A stretch of DNA of 35,921 bases from an uncultured Muribaculaceae bacterium. Lineage in GTDB: Bacteria > Bacillota_I > Bacilli_A > RF39 > UBA660. The notes under the pieces were generated by a model. It was given only the letters and a program-made list of their open reading frames with translations. It searched no databases and was not told the origin of the DNA. The position numbers and the translations under genes are program-made. The stretch is taken from contig CAYJEP010000001.1 in the NCBI GenBank assembly GCA_964369555.1, positions 18,034-53,954 on the forward strand, written 5' to 3'. This document shows positions 7,919-16,792 of the stretch, in pieces (the first letter of the stretch is position 1; the number at the start of each line of letters is the position of its first letter).

Positions 7919-7926
7919 TTGCCCTC

Positions 7927-9009
7927 CTATCCTTTACTTGCTGTTTCTTCTAATTCCGGTCTGAAAAATCCTTCAGGTAAACTTACACCTTGTCCTGACA
8001 TATATTCAATTAAATATCTACTAGGATTTTTTCTTACAACAGCACCTGTTGTAGCTTTTTTATAAATTGTATTACTAAGTGCCTCATTATCTTCAGTAAC
8101 AAAGAACTCAGTAACCTCTCCAATTTCCCTAATAAATCTTTTTGTCACAGGATCTTGATAACCTCTAACAAAAACACCTAGTTGAACATATCTATAAATT
8201 GATTTTAAGAACTGATCAATTTCTTGATTAGTTTCTAATAAACTATACATACGATTAGGAATTGAAGCAGCTTTATCAGCATGAATTGTTGATAAAATAT
8301 AATGTCCAGATGAAATTGAGTTACGAACTGCCATTACTGCTTCCGCACTACGAACCTCTGAAAGTAATATCCATTTAGGATTTTGACGCATACAAGCAAC
8401 TAATACATCAGAATATGAAACAACATTATTAGTTTTCATTGCTACAATATCACGATGTGGATATATTTTATCTAAATGAAGCTCTAATGTATCTTCAATA
8501 GTGATTAGTTTTTCATTTTCTTTAGTTTTAGAAGCTAAATACTTAACAAACTCAGTTTTACCTGAACCAGTCTCACCACACACAATAATATTACAATGCG
8601 CTAAAACAGCTTGTACTAAGAAATCATGGATTTCTAAAGTTATATATTTTTCAGATAAAATTTTGTTTTTTTCTAATCTTATTTTAGCAGGTGTTTTTCT
8701 TATAACACAAGAAATCCCATTAGTAGCTACAGAGTCATGAATAAAATTCATACGAAGTTCAGCACTCTCTGAATCTAGTAGAGGATGTGCTGAATTAAAA
8801 CTTTTTCCCATTACATTTGAACATTGAAAAGCTAGCTTTTCCATCATAGCATTATTAACATTAGGATTTTCAACTCTAAAAATTCCTCTTGATAAAGTTT
8901 TTAACCATAACTGTCCACCATTACTATAAGAAATATCAGTAACATCATCAACAACTAAATACTCTTTTAAAGGACCAAAATCAATTTGTGAAAATAAATT
9001 TTCTTGCAT
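7927..9009 (-). CDS. cpaF: TadA/CpaF-type secretion ATPase (T2SS-E/VirB11 superfamily)
   Basis: Walker A GETGSGKTE, Asp-box-like ITIEDTLEL, Walker B-like WILLSEVR and His-box STIHA. Size is 360 aa. The start overlaps the upstream stop (TAATG). Confidence 0.85.
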   Translation of the reverse strand: MQENLFSQIDFGPLKEYLVVDDVTDISYSNGGQLWLKTLSRGIFRVENPNVNNAMMEKLAFQCSNVMGKSFNSAHPLLDSESAELRMNFIHDSVATNGISCVIRKTPAKIRLEKNKILSEKYITLEIHDFLVQAVLAHCNIIVCGETGSGKTEFVKYLASKTKENEKLITIEDTLELHLDKIYPHRDIVAMKTNNVVSYSDVLVACMRQNPKWILLSEVRSAEAVMAVRNSISSGHYILSTIHADKAASIPNRMYSLLETNQEIDQFLKSIYRYVQLGVFVRGYQDPVTKRFIREIGEVTEFFVTEDNEALSNTIYKKATTGAVVRKNPSRYLIEYMSGQGVSLPEGFFRPELEETASKG

Positions 9010-9827
9010 TATTCAGTCTCATCTTCTTCTGTTTCATCTTCTGGAACATCAGGGTTTTCTTCACTTAAAGTAACAGTATTAGCATTGATAAATTCTACTA
9101 GTTCAGTTCTACCAATAACTAAATCACCTTCTGGCGGAGTTCCACCAATTGGCACTGGAAATAATTCAACTCCTAAAGAACGTAAATATTCACTCTTTTT
9201 AAGTAAAATGAATGTTTCTTCATCAACAGCAATCAAGAATGAATCTGGATTTCTATCTTCATCAGTATTTTCAAATACATCATTACCACTACTATCTTTA
9301 ACAGCTAAAATTTCAACATTACCTAATAATTTACCAATCATTACTTTTCCAATTTCGTCATTAGCTTTCATGTAAATATCAATTATATCACCAGGTTTTA
9401 ATGAATTTCCATAAGTTGAATCTAATGTAACAGCTAACGAATAAGGTCTTTCACCTTGCTCTAATTCAGCAAATTCTGAACCAGGTATTTCACTTTCATC
9501 AATTATTGTATCAGAGTAAAACATACTTCCTGCAGGTATAACAGTATTAATATTACTATAACTACCTATTAAAGCACTACTATTTCTAATTACATTACTA
9601 GTAACTGCAACGCTAGGAACCTCAATAAATTCTATCATCTCAGCAGTAATCAATTGTCTTGGTTGGATTGTTTCTGTTGCAACAGGAATTCTAATTGGTT
9701 CTACTTGACTATTAATTGTAGAAGTATATCCCCAAAATAATACCCCTATAATAACTAAAACTCCTATAACTGTAACTGTGTTTTTGTTTGTAAAAAATTT
9801 TTTTAATGAAACCATTATATTATTCAT
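9009..9827 (-). CDS. CpaB/RcpC-like SAF-domain pilus assembly protein
   Basis: An N-terminal TM (VTVIGVLVIIGVLFWGY) is followed by a SAF-like segment IPVATETIQPRQLITAEMIEFIEVP. The C-terminal tail is acidic (PEDETEEDETE). The gene sits directly upstream of the ATPase, as in Tad loci. Confidence 0.6.
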   Translation of the reverse strand: MNNIMVSLKKFFTNKNTVTVIGVLVIIGVLFWGYTSTINSQVEPIRIPVATETIQPRQLITAEMIEFIEVPSVAVTSNVIRNSSALIGSYSNINTVIPAGSMFYSDTIIDESEIPGSEFAELEQGERPYSLAVTLDSTYGNSLKPGDIIDIYMKANDEIGKVMIGKLLGNVEILAVKDSSGNDVFENTDEDRNPDSFLIAVDEETFILLKKSEYLRSLGVELFPVPIGGTPPEGDLVIGRTELVEFINANTVTLSEENPDVPEDETEEDETE

Positions 9828-9844
9828 AAAATCTCCCTTTCCTT

Positions 9845-10246
9845 CTAATATGGCGTTTCTAATATCGCATCTAATTGATTAGATATTTCAAATTCAAGTA
9901 TATCACCTGTAATTGATGTATTTTCAGTACTACTTACTTTAACACTCACCTTAGGTGGATATTCATTAACATCATAAATATCTATCTTGTAAGTTTGTGA
10001 TAATAAAGAACTCTCTGCAAATCTTCTTAAAAAATTCTCAACGAATTTTTCACGATCGATTCTCACTTCTCCACTTTCTCTATAATAAGCTAAATCAACA
10101 GCATCATACATAGCGCCTTCCGTAGCTTCTTTTAATAAGTGATAATTATGTTCATCAGTATTTGTAACACTTTGAAAAAACATTATAAAAAATATGGAAA
10201 CTATTCCTACTATAGTAATAGCAATTCCCCAAAATGACTCTTTCAA
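9845..10246 (-). CDS. Hypothetical N-terminally anchored small protein (133 aa), pseudopilin/TadE-like by architecture only; TTG start
   Basis: ORF track. The start codon is TTG at 10246 with a strong SD (TAAGGAGGTAAAGA-TTG). The N-terminus is MKESFWGIAITIVGIVSIFFIMFF. Confidence 0.65.
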   Translation of the reverse strand: MKESFWGIAITIVGIVSIFFIMFFQSVTNTDEHNYHLLKEATEGAMYDAVDLAYYRESGEVRIDREKFVENFLRRFAESSLLSQTYKIDIYDVNEYPPKVSVKVSSTENTSITGDILEFEISNQLDAILETPY

Positions 10247-10257
10247 TCTTTACCTCC

Positions 10258-10896
10258 TTAGTTATATATATTATCCCTCTTATTGATTCTATATATTGAA
10301 ATTCCAGCTATCAATATAATTAATAATAAAGGAATATAATAGTAATTTAATAAAAGCTCTAAAGCTAAATCCCAGATACTATCTTCTTCTTCTACCTCTG
10401 GAATAACTATCACATCATCAGGCTCTAGATAATCTTTTATATTTTGTACAAATTCATCATACCTAAGTGTGTGTGTAGACCATCTATTACACAATGAATA
10501 ATTTGGAATTGTTTCACAAAGTGGATCTTTATAATACTCATTGTAAGTAGGTAAATTAACCCAAATAGTAGAAAGTAATTGACCTTCGCAATCACTATTA
10601 TCAGAATAAACCTTAAACCCAACACTAGTATCATCTTGATATCCAGATATAACAATCTCACTCTTACTAAAATAATAAGTTTGGTTAGTCTCTGAATCTA
10701 ATATGTATGTATCAGGAGTTAAATTGGCTAAAGAAATGTTGAAAACAATATTATCATCAGATTCAATATAATCATATCGATAAGTAATATTAGAAGCAAT
10801 TTCACGTAACTCTGCTAATTCTTTATAACTACAAAAACTAGCATTCACTTTACTGTATGGTATTAATAACAAAACTAATAGCAATATCTTTTTCAT
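10258..10896 (-). CDS. Hypothetical type-I membrane protein (signal peptide, 4-Cys ectodomain, C-terminal TM)
   Basis: Signal peptide MKKILLLVLLLIPYSKVNA; C-terminal TM IPLLLIILIAGISIY followed by basic residues; SD AGGAGG. Confidence 0.7.
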   Translation of the reverse strand: MKKILLLVLLLIPYSKVNASFCSYKELAELREIASNITYRYDYIESDDNIVFNISLANLTPDTYILDSETNQTYYFSKSEIVISGYQDDTSVGFKVYSDNSDCEGQLLSTIWVNLPTYNEYYKDPLCETIPNYSLCNRWSTHTLRYDEFVQNIKDYLEPDDVIVIPEVEEEDSIWDLALELLLNYYYIPLLLIILIAGISIYRINKRDNIYN

Positions 10897-10922
10897 ACTT
10901 TCCTCCTTTATTATAGCATAAA

Positions 10923-12479
10923 TTATTTTAAAGTGTAATAATATATTTCATTTTTCACATTAAAGATAAGTTTAATATTAGTTGCATTTTTAATTTCATC
11001 AATAACTTCTACATATATAGAACCATTAATTGAATTAAGTAAAGTAAAATCACTAAACTCTTTTACTACACCATCAATTGTATATTCAATAACACCAAAA
11101 TTTTCTATAAAATTAAATAAATTGTAAGTTTTTTGGATAGTCATTTCTTCGTATTCAAAAGTTCCATCTATTCTGATAACTACTTCGTCATAGTTTCTAT
11201 TAGGTTTTGGATATATATATTTAATAAAACTATAACACTCATCTATACAATCTTCATAAGGAATCTTGAAATAATCTTCTATTTGATATGAATCTATTTT
11301 AATATCATAATCTTTTATATAATAATTCAAAATATTAATTTCCTCACCAAGATTTTTAGCAACAACTAGTTCACTTTCAAAAACTTTCAAGTATTCTATT
11401 TCAACTAATAAATTATTAGATTTAGAAGGATTAATTTTATTTGTAAATTTGAAAGTGATATCTCTATCTACTAATTCCTTAGGAATTTCATATACCAATA
11501 CTCTATTTTCATACTCAACTATATCAGTTTCATTTTTATAAATTTCTCCAAATTCAATAATTTTGTCATTGTAATTTGTAGTAGGAGTATAACTATAACT
11601 ACCTATAGAAATTAAAGCCGTAGCTATATCTAAATTTCCACGCAAATTAACATCTAAGATTAGATAATAATAATCTTCATTTATTATTCTACCTTCATAA
11701 TCATCTTTAATTAAATAAGCATTTTCAATTTTTAAAGAAACACCATTTAGCGCAAAATACTCATTCATTTTAAATTCTTTATTAGGAGTAATTAAAAAAC
11801 TTAAAGAAACACCAATAATTACTAAAAGTGTAATTGAAATAAGCAAAATACTAAACAACTTGTTTTCTTGATATGCATACTTCATTTTTCTTAGAAAATA
11901 ATTAAACTTTCTTTTAGATACATTTGTATCTAATTTTAAATCTACTTCAAACTCTTCCCTATCAGCCTCACTAATATTAAGTTGATTTAAATCATCACCA
12001 AATCCAAACTTCTTAATATCAAACCCGACTGACCTAACAAATAAAACCACAGTAGATACAACATTTACCCAAAAAGCAATGAATAAAAAATCCCTAATCA
12101 ATCTAACAGTTCTTATATCTAAAATTTGTTCTGATAGTGTTACTAAATTTATATTGACAATTTGTAACATAACAAATAAGAAAATAAGAGAAGATAAGGT
12201 AAAAATATAAAACATAATAGGCTTTTTCTTAAATAGTAATACAAATAAAATAATTCCTAAAACCAACATAGATACTATAGGTAACCATAATACCACGCCA
12301 TACATTAAAGTACCTTGTAAATCTTGACCAATAACACCAACTACAGTACTAGTATAGTCGTTATAAAAACTCAAAATTATATTTGTTCTATAAAGTAAGT
12401 AAAGGGAAATCAAAGTTAATATAATATGAAAGACACGGAAAAATTTAATAAAAAATGCATACGGCTTTCTTAAAATCAT
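10923..12479 (-). CDS. Hypothetical polytopic membrane protein with a large beta-rich C-terminal ectodomain (518 aa); first gene of the Tad-like operon
   Basis: ORF track; SD GGGAGGG. About 4-5 N-terminal TM helices are followed by a charged loop and another TM (LFSILLISITLLVIIGVSLSF). A roughly 290-aa Y/I/E/N-rich domain follows. No family recognised with confidence. Confidence 0.75.
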   Translation of the reverse strand: MILRKPYAFFIKFFRVFHIILTLISLYLLYRTNIILSFYNDYTSTVVGVIGQDLQGTLMYGVVLWLPIVSMLVLGIILFVLLFKKKPIMFYIFTLSSLIFLFVMLQIVNINLVTLSEQILDIRTVRLIRDFLFIAFWVNVVSTVVLFVRSVGFDIKKFGFGDDLNQLNISEADREEFEVDLKLDTNVSKRKFNYFLRKMKYAYQENKLFSILLISITLLVIIGVSLSFLITPNKEFKMNEYFALNGVSLKIENAYLIKDDYEGRIINEDYYYLILDVNLRGNLDIATALISIGSYSYTPTTNYNDKIIEFGEIYKNETDIVEYENRVLVYEIPKELVDRDITFKFTNKINPSKSNNLLVEIEYLKVFESELVVAKNLGEEINILNYYIKDYDIKIDSYQIEDYFKIPYEDCIDECYSFIKYIYPKPNRNYDEVVIRIDGTFEYEEMTIQKTYNLFNFIENFGVIEYTIDGVVKEFSDFTLLNSINGSIYVEVIDEIKNATNIKLIFNVKNEIYYYTLK

Positions 12480-12507
12480 AATCTACCCTCCCTATATTCT
12501 ATAAATA

Positions 12508-12536
12508 ATTATACAATATTTTGTTTATTTATACAA
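12508..12536 (-). promoter_or_regulatory. Sigma-A-type promoter of the Tad-like operon (TTGTAT-17 nt-TATAAT)
   Basis: Minus strand: -35 TTGTAT (12536-12531), 17-nt spacer, -10 TATAAT (12513-12508), 29 nt upstream of ATG 12479. Confidence 0.5.
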
Positions 12537-12555
12537 TCCTTCAAAAAAAAATATT

Positions 12556-13914
12556 TTAGGAACTCCAAAATATTTTATTAAATTTATATAATTCATATAT
12601 GTCAAACTTACTAACAACCTCATAAGGAGAGTGCATGGATAAAATAACAACTCCACAATCAACTACTTCAACACCCTTATTTGCTAAAACATAAGCTATA
12701 GTACCCCCGCCACCAACATCTGATTTACCAAGTTTGGAAAATTGATATTTAATATTATTATTCTCTAGTAGTCCTCTAATAAAACCTAAGTATTCAGCAT
12801 TCGCATCACTACCATTACTTTTCCCAAATGAACCTGTATATTTAGTAAAAGCTACTCCATAACTTAATAAACCAGTGTTGTTTTTTTCAAAAACAGAATC
12901 AAAATTAGGATCATAGGCAGCTTCAACATCACTGGATAACATTTTTGAATTATAAAATATTTTATCTATTAAATTGATTTTATTTATATTCATTTTATTT
13001 AAAATTTCTGAAATAAAAAAATTAAAAATATTTGATTCCATTCCTGTATTACCCACACTACCAACTTCCTCTTTATCAGATAAAATACAAACAGCAGTTT
13101 TTTTTAAATTAGTAACATCTATTAAAGAAGCAATCGATGCATAAGCACACACCCTATCATCTTGACCATATCCAGCTATCATGCTTTCATCTAATCCTAA
13201 ACTTCTAGTTTCAAATGATGGTATTAATTCAAGTTCCGCACTGTTAAAGTCTTGCTCTTTAATACCATATTTTTTATTTAATATTTTTAAAACATTCAAT
13301 TTAATACTTTCATCTTTGATGTTACCAACAATTACATTTAAATGCTCACCTTCGATACCTTCTTTTAAAGTTTTAGACATTTGGTCTTTAGCTAAATGTG
13401 GCAATAAATCACTAATAGTAAAAATAGGATCTTCCTTATCATCTCCAATACTAACATCTATTAAAGAACCATCAGCTTTAACTATAACACCTTCTAAACA
13501 TAAAGGAATAGTAGTCCATTGATATTTCTTTATCCCACCGTAGTAATCTGTTTTAAAATAAGCAAATCCACCATCCTCATAAAGAGGATTTGATTTTAAA
13601 TCAAGTCTTGGAGAATCAATATGTGACCCAATAATATTTAGTCCTTCTTCTATATTTTCGCCAATAATAGCTATATATAAACACTTACCTTTATTATTAA
13701 AATATACCCTATCCCCAACACTTACTTTATCTAATTTTTCTAAATCAACAAAATTGTTTTCTATTAATAATTCGATAGTATTGTTAACGAATTTTCTTTC
13801 TGTTTTAGATTTATTTAAAAACTTCATATATTTATCTGCATAATCATTAATTTTACTAACTTCAGTATTATTTATAAAACCAGATTCTTTTTTTATTTCT
13901 AATTCATCTTTCAT
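12556..13914 (-). CDS. M18-family aminopeptidase
   Basis: GSHIDSPRLDLK motif, 452 aa, overall M18 (aspartyl/aminopeptidase 1) layout from memory. Confidence 0.8.
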   Translation of the reverse strand: MKDELEIKKESGFINNTEVSKINDYADKYMKFLNKSKTERKFVNNTIELLIENNFVDLEKLDKVSVGDRVYFNNKGKCLYIAIIGENIEEGLNIIGSHIDSPRLDLKSNPLYEDGGFAYFKTDYYGGIKKYQWTTIPLCLEGVIVKADGSLIDVSIGDDKEDPIFTISDLLPHLAKDQMSKTLKEGIEGEHLNVIVGNIKDESIKLNVLKILNKKYGIKEQDFNSAELELIPSFETRSLGLDESMIAGYGQDDRVCAYASIASLIDVTNLKKTAVCILSDKEEVGSVGNTGMESNIFNFFISEILNKMNINKINLIDKIFYNSKMLSSDVEAAYDPNFDSVFEKNNTGLLSYGVAFTKYTGSFGKSNGSDANAEYLGFIRGLLENNNIKYQFSKLGKSDVGGGGTIAYVLANKGVEVVDCGVVILSMHSPYEVVSKFDIYELYKFNKIFWSS

Positions 13915-13957
13915 ATAATCACCTTAATTTATTTTGTGTTTAATTATATGTTTTATA

Positions 13958-13982
13958 CTAAAAAACTGACCATTAGGTCAGT
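13958..13982 (-). terminator. Rho-independent terminator after prmC
   Basis: Minus strand reads ACTGACC-TAAT-GGTCAGT-TTTTT. The first arm and loop contain the last codons and the TAA stop. Confidence 0.6.
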
Positions 13983-14671
13983 ATAAATACATATCTATCT
14001 TTATTAGATAAATCTTTTTTGATTATAACTTCACAATCAAAATATTTTAAAGCCATATTTTTAATATCAGAAGCTTGTTTATAACCAATTTCAAAAGCTA
14101 TTATCCCATTTTTTTTCAAATGATTTTTAGCTGTTTTAATTATTTCATAATAGCAATATAAACCATTGTCTAAAGCATATAAAGCTAAATGAGGTTCATT
14201 ATTTTTAACAATATCTTCTATCTCTTCATCATATGAAATATAAGGAGGATTACTAATAATACAATCATATTGTTTATTTAAATTAGTTAGTAAATCACTT
14301 TTAATAAAATTCACTGAAACATTATTTAATAAAGCATTTTCTTTTGCTACTTCTAAAGCTTCTTCTGATATATCCACAGCATCAACTTCACAATTTAATA
14401 ATTTCTTTAAAGTTATAGCAATGCACCCAGAACCAGTTCCAACATCTACAACACTTAAATTATCCTTATTCTTTAATAATTTAACAGTTTCTTCTACTAA
14501 ACCCTCTGTTTCAAATCTTGGAATTAATACATTTTTATTTACTTTAAAAATATTCCCATAAAAATCAACTTCACCAACTATATATTGAACTGGAACTCCT
14601 TGATTAAATAATTTAATTCCTTCTTCTAAATCACTATCTTTTAAATATTTTTTCAAATAATCTAAAGACAT
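13973..14671 (-). CDS. prmC: Release-factor glutamine N5-methyltransferase PrmC/HemK (short, 232 aa)
   Basis: NPPY catalytic motif and SAM-binding VVDVGTGSGCI. TAATG overlap with the prfA stop, as in many Firmicutes. Confidence 0.85.
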   Translation of the reverse strand: MSLDYLKKYLKDSDLEEGIKLFNQGVPVQYIVGEVDFYGNIFKVNKNVLIPRFETEGLVEETVKLLKNKDNLSVVDVGTGSGCIAITLKKLLNCEVDAVDISEEALEVAKENALLNNVSVNFIKSDLLTNLNKQYDCIISNPPYISYDEEIEDIVKNNEPHLALYALDNGLYCYYEIIKTAKNHLKKNGIIAFEIGYKQASDIKNMALKYFDCEVIIKKDLSNKDRYVFILT

Positions 14672-15726
14672 TACTCACCACGTAATTTTCGATTTTGATC
14701 TTCTGTAATTAAAGCTTCGATAACTTTATCGATATCACCTTGCATAACTCTATCTAATGTATTTAAAGTAAATCCAATCCTGTGATCTGTTACCCTATTT
14801 TGTGGATAATTATATGTTCTTATTTTTTCAGATCTATCACCAGTACCAATTTTATTTCTTCTTTCAGCACCTAATTCTTTTTCTTGTTCTTGAATTTTTA
14901 AATCATATAATCTTGCTTGCAATATTTTAATAGCTTTATCTTTATTTTTAATTTGACTACGTTCTGATTGTGAATAAACTACAAGCCCTGTTGGAATATG
15001 AGTAAGTCTAACAGCTGAATCCGTTGTATTAACTCCTTGACCACCACAACCACTACTTCTAGTAACGTCAATTCTAACTTCATTCATATCAAGATCCGTT
15101 TCTACCGCTTCAGCTTCAGGCATAACTAAAACTGTTGCTGTAGAAGTATGAACTCTACCTTGTGTTTCAGTATTTGGAACCCTTTGAACTCTATGAGCAC
15201 CAGATTCATATTTCATTTTAGAATAAACATTTTCTCCTCTAATAATCGCACTTATTAAAGTAAATCCACCAGCTTCAGATTTTTCTTCGTCCATAATTTC
15301 TAATTTAAAACCTTCACGTTCACAATATCTTTTATACATATCGAATAAATCACCAGCAAAAATATTAGCTTCATCTCCACCAGCTGCACCTCTAATTTCA
15401 ATGATAATATCTTTACCATCATTAGGATCTTTTGGTAGTAATAAAATTTCTATTTCACTCTCAAGAATAGTTTTTCTTTCCTCTAATTCTAGTAATTCCT
15501 CTTTAGCAAATTCTGCCATTTCTGGATCTTTACTCATTTCTTTAGCAGCTTCAATATCACTTACTATACTTTTATATTCTTGATATTTATCGTAAGAATC
15601 TTTTAAAGATGATTGTTCCTTAGATAAAGCTAAAGTTTTTTTAATATCTGATAAAGTTTCAGGTTTGATTAACTCTTCTGTTAATTCATTATATTTAGCT
15701 TCAATAGCCGTTAATCTCTCTATCAA
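14671..15726 (-). CDS. prfA: Peptide chain release factor 1
   Basis: GGQ motif ([10 protein letters not shown]) and RF1-type [18 protein letters not shown] place the start at TTG 15726 (GGAGGG SD 6 nt upstream). The ORF-track ATG 15747 has no SD, and the SD would fall inside that extension. Confidence 0.9.
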   Translation of the reverse strand: MIERLTAIEAKYNELTEELIKPETLSDIKKTLALSKEQSSLKDSYDKYQEYKSIVSDIEAAKEMSKDPEMAEFAKEELLELEERKTILESEIEILLLPKDPNDGKDIIIEIRGAAGGDEANIFAGDLFDMYKRYCEREGFKLEIMDEEKSEAGGFTLISAIIRGENVYSKMKYESGAHRVQRVPNTETQGRVHTSTATVLVMPEAEAVETDLDMNEVRIDVTRSSGCGGQGVNTTDSAVRLTHIPTGLVVYSQSERSQIKNKDKAIKILQARLYDLKIQEQEKELGAERRNKIGTGDRSEKIRTYNYPQNRVTDHRIGFTLNTLDRVMQGDIDKVIEALITEDQNRKLRGE

Positions 15727-15788
15727 AATAATCCCTCCTTTTAACATTATACATTATACATATTTTTAATACATTTTACAACTTATTA

Positions 15789-15817
15789 TTGCTTTTTTAA
15801 TAATATTCCCTTATAAT
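15789..15817 (+). promoter_or_regulatory. Sigma-A-type promoter for the ferredoxin gene (TTGCTT-17 nt-TATAAT)
   Basis: Plus strand: -35 TTGCTT (15789-15794), 17-nt spacer, -10 TATAAT (15812-15817), 18 nt before the ATG with the SD GGAGGG between them. Confidence 0.45.
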
Positions 15818-15834
15818 TACAACGGAGGGAAATT

Positions 15835-16014
15835 ATGAACGCAAGAATAATAGAAGAAAACTGCATCGGTTGTGGTGTGTGTGAAAGTATTGCAGAACCA
15901 ACTATTCAAATAGATGGTGTGGCACAAATCAAAGAAGAAGTTACAGAATCAAATATTGAAATAATAAAAGAAGCTGCTGAAGCGTGCCCAACTGGTGCGA
16001 TTATAGTAGAATAA
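15835..16014 (+). CDS. Small 4Fe-4S ferredoxin (59 aa), below the ORF-track size cutoff
   Basis: Manual translation: MNARIIEENCIGCGVCESIAEPTIQIDGVAQIKEEVTESNIEIIKEAAEACPTGAIIVE*. It has a CxxCxxC...CP cluster motif and the SD ACGGAGGGA. Confidence 0.75.
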   Translation: MNARIIEENCIGCGVCESIAEPTIQIDGVAQIKEEVTESNIEIIKEAAEACPTGAIIVE

Positions 16015-16038
16015 AAGACATAGAAATATGCCTTTTTT
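16015..16038. terminator. Possible bidirectional terminator between the ferredoxin gene and rluB
   Basis: AAGACATA-gaaa-TATGCCTT (7 of 8 pairs) followed by T-run 16033-16038 on the plus strand and preceded by an A-run. Weak stem. Confidence 0.35.
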
Positions 16039-16729
16039 ATTTTAAACTATATAATTTTTTTACTTCTTTAATACTTAAATGTCTAGATTCTCCTGGTTTT
16101 AAAGATTCAAGAGTTAAGAAAGCAATCTGTTCTCTTTTTAATTTAACAACTTCATATCCTAGTTCTTGAAACATATTTTTAACTTGATGATTCTTACCTT
16201 CATGAATAGTTATTTCAACAACACTCTTATTTGTTTTTTTATCTATTTTTTTTAATTTAGTTTTACAAGGCGCTGTTTTAAAACCATTAATATAAATACC
16301 TTTTTCTAATTTGCGTAACTCTTCTTTTCTAATAATACCTTCTAACTTAGCAATATATAACTTATCCACATTATTTGATGGATGCGTTAAAATATTAGTT
16401 AACTCACCATCATTTGTTAATAATAACATCCCTGTTGTATCATAATCTAATCTACCAATTGGATATAATCTTTTATTAGTATTAATTAAATCCATTACAG
16501 TTGTTCTATTTTTATCATCACTAGTAGTAGTAACTACCCCTCTTGGTTTATTTAATAATATGTATTCTTTATCCTCTTTTGTTATTGTATTACCCTCAAC
16601 TGTAATCGCATCACTGTAAGAAACTTTAGTTCCTAATTCTGTTACTATAACATTATTTAAAATAAGCTCTTCAGCTTTTCTTCTAGAACAATACCCACTA
16701 TTGGCAATAACCTTATTTAATCTTTCCAT
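16037..16729 (-). CDS. rluB: Pseudouridine synthase, RsuA/RluB family, with S4 domain
   Basis: S4-like N-terminus MERLNKVIANSGYCSRRKAEELI and catalytic GRLDYDTTGLLLLTNDG-type motif (GRLDYDTTGMLLLTNDG). Confidence 0.8.
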   Translation of the reverse strand: MERLNKVIANSGYCSRRKAEELILNNVIVTELGTKVSYSDAITVEGNTITKEDKEYILLNKPRGVVTTTSDDKNRTTVMDLINTNKRLYPIGRLDYDTTGMLLLTNDGELTNILTHPSNNVDKLYIAKLEGIIRKEELRKLEKGIYINGFKTAPCKTKLKKIDKKTNKSVVEITIHEGKNHQVKNMFQELGYEVVKLKREQIAFLTLESLKPGESRHLSIKEVKKLYSLK

Positions 16730-16760
16730 TTAAATCACCTGCACTAATTATAAACAAATA

Positions 16761-16792
16761 AAAAAAATAAAGCAAGTTATTTTATTTGCTTT
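16761..16792 (-). terminator. Rho-independent terminator after the HAD hydrolase gene
   Basis: Minus strand reads AAAGCAA-(10-nt loop containing the stop)-TTGCTTT-A-TTTTTTT. Confidence 0.6.

Noticed and set aside
10437-10661. 74-aa minus-strand ORF nested out of frame inside the 212-aa gene
   Set aside because: It is fully contained in a better-supported CDS with a signal peptide and strong SD. It has no SD of its own, and its composition is typical of an alternative-frame artefact.
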